NCBI GenBank assembly: GCA_036659935.1 | Contig: JAVXBP010000003.1 | Coordinates: forward strand, 1 to 49,229 | Reading direction: 5' to 3' | DNA length: 49,229 nt | From: Clostridia bacterium | Lineage (GTDB): Bacteria > Bacillota > Clostridia > Christensenellales > UBA3700 | In this document: positions 48,072-49,229 of the stretch, piece by piece | Layout of the letters: every line of letters begins with the position of its first letter | How positions within the stretch are numbered: the first letter of the stretch is position 1 | Program-made: the position numbers and the translations under genes | The notes under the pieces: model-generated | What the model saw: the letters and a program-made list of their open reading frames with translations, nothing else | The model's database searches: none | Told to the model about the DNA's origin: nothing

Positions 48072-48100
48072 ATTATATATCACTTGACAAGTTTTTGCAA
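48072..48100 (-). promoter_or_regulatory. Sigma-A promoter of the tsaE operon, leaderless geometry
   Basis: TTGCAA-17nt-TATAAT-6nt-ATG, no SD. Confidence 0.78.
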
Positions 48101-48112
48101 TTACTTTATAAT
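48084..48112 (+). promoter_or_regulatory. Consensus sigma-A promoter of the riboswitch-ribU transcript
   Basis: TTGACA-17nt-TATAAT, overlapping the divergent tsaE promoter. Confidence 0.85.
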
Positions 48113-48122
48113 TAAGATACAA

Positions 48123-48250
48123 ATATTTCTTGGGGCGAGGTGAAATTCCTCATCGGTGGTACAGTCCACGAACGTTGCAAATTTTTCTGCAATGCCGAAT
48201 AGGTGAAACTCCTATACCGACAGTTACAATCTGGATGGGAAAGGAATAAT
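48123..48250 (+). ncRNA. FMN riboswitch (RFN element)
   Basis: ggggcgaggtgaaattcc..cggtggtacagtccacga..ggtgaaactcc..accgacagt..tctggatggga, upstream of a riboflavin S component. Confidence 0.95.
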
Positions 48251-48253
48251 ATT

Positions 48254-49153
48254 ATGCAAAAAACACTCTCTAGGACAAGATATCTATCTTGTGTCGCAAT
48301 TTTGTCGGCGGTCGCCACAGTTCTCATGTATTTGGAATTTTCAATTCCAATCATTCCAAGTTTTATCAAATTCGAATTTTCAGAAACACCTGCGCTGATA
48401 GCGTCCTACGCTCTCGGGCCTTTTGCAGGAGTTCTTATTTGTTTTTTCAAAAACTTGCTCCACCTTTTTGGCACGACAACCGCAGGGATAGGCGAGCTCT
48501 CCAACTTTATTCTTGGAGTTTTTCTCGTGCTGCCAGCAGGGCTGATATACAAATCGCGCAAGACGCGTGGCACGGCTTTTGTGGGCGCGCTGGTTGGCTC
48601 ATTTCTCATGGCAGGCGCAAGTATGATTACAAATTACTACGTCATCTACCCCGTCTATCAAAATTTTATGCCAATGGAAGCAATTCTTGCTGCTTACAAA
48701 GCAATTTGTCCTTTGGCTGACAACTTGTGGAAAGCGCTCGCAATTTTCAACCTGCCATTTACTTTTGTCAAAGGCATCGTCGACACAATTGTAACATTTT
48801 TGCTCTACAAATTTTTGTCGCCAATTATCAAAGGCTATCACTTGCCAAAACGGAAAAAAGCCATTGACAGCGCGACAAAAGAAAAGCAATCAAATATAAT
48901 TCACGCTCAACAAAACATAGAAAGCTCAACAAGCGCTGACAAAAATGTTTGTGACAAAACAATCGTCGCGGAAAATATTGCGGAAGTGAAAGACAGTGTT
49001 GACATAACAAATGCCGCGGATAGTATTGTTGCAAACACTGCAAAAGTTGAAAATATTACACAAACAAATAATTGCTTGCAAGCGAAAACTGTTGACAACG
49101 CTATCGAGACACCGACTGTTGGCGAAAATGGTTTTGTGCAAGAAAACAAGTAA
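48254..49153 (+). CDS. ribU: ECF transporter S component for riboflavin, with a ~100-aa C-terminal tail
   Basis: LMYLEF..P.FIKFEFSETPALI...LGP, KNLLH, GIGELSNF, NYY..P.Y, FNLPFTFVKG; FMN riboswitch upstream. Confidence 0.92.
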   Translation: MQKTLSRTRYLSCVAILSAVATVLMYLEFSIPIIPSFIKFEFSETPALIASYALGPFAGVLICFFKNLLHLFGTTTAGIGELSNFILGVFLVLPAGLIYKSRKTRGTAFVGALVGSFLMAGASMITNYYVIYPVYQNFMPMEAILAAYKAICPLADNLWKALAIFNLPFTFVKGIVDTIVTFLLYKFLSPIIKGYHLPKRKKAIDSATKEKQSNIIHAQQNIESSTSADKNVCDKTIVAENIAEVKDSVDITNAADSIVANTAKVENITQTNNCLQAKTVDNAIETPTVGENGFVQENK

Positions 49154-49156
49154 CTA

Positions 49157-49220
49157 AATGTCGCAAAAAATGCAAACTATCCCCAACAATAAGAAAATTT
49201 GTTGCGTTTTGTTGTGACAT
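49157..49220 (+). terminator. Long imperfect hairpin downstream of ribU
   Basis: aatgtcgcaa-aaaatgcaa pairs with ttgcgtttt-g-ttgtgacatt (G-U pairs); no clear U-tract. Confidence 0.35.
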
Positions 49221-49229
49221 TGCAAAAGA

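Overview
Core-genome segment of a low-GC, spore-forming Clostridia-type Firmicute (probably an uncultured gut lineage; this taxonomy is inferred). Almost all genes lie on the minus strand. In window order: small ORF, hprK, Cof hydrolase, uvrC, an ArsR regulator divergent from a Cys/Gly-rich small protein, a Na+-pumping biotin decarboxylase operon, rluB-dacB-ytfJ-ytfI-scpB-scpA-site-2 protease, lysA, dacF, deoB, a SpoIIM-like gene, rny-recA-cinA-pgsA-rimO-ftsK, M16 peptidase, polysaccharide deacetylase, a five-gene Wzx/Wzy polysaccharide cluster, gdhA, an HTH-WYL regulator, icd, ddl-murF-hydrolase, rimI-tsaB-tsaE, and an FMN riboswitch with ribU. No rRNA, tRNA, CRISPR-cas or mobile-element genes were seen. 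Two patterns stand out that gene annotation does not explain. (1) At least six genes are followed by diverged tandem 'echoes' of their own last codons and stop codon, often with synonymous changes and a retained in-frame stop. (2) Five housekeeping genes have a sigma-A promoter whose -10 box sits exactly 6 nt before the ATG with no Shine-Dalgarno, which predicts leaderless mRNAs. All calls come from motif recognition by eye; no searches were run.
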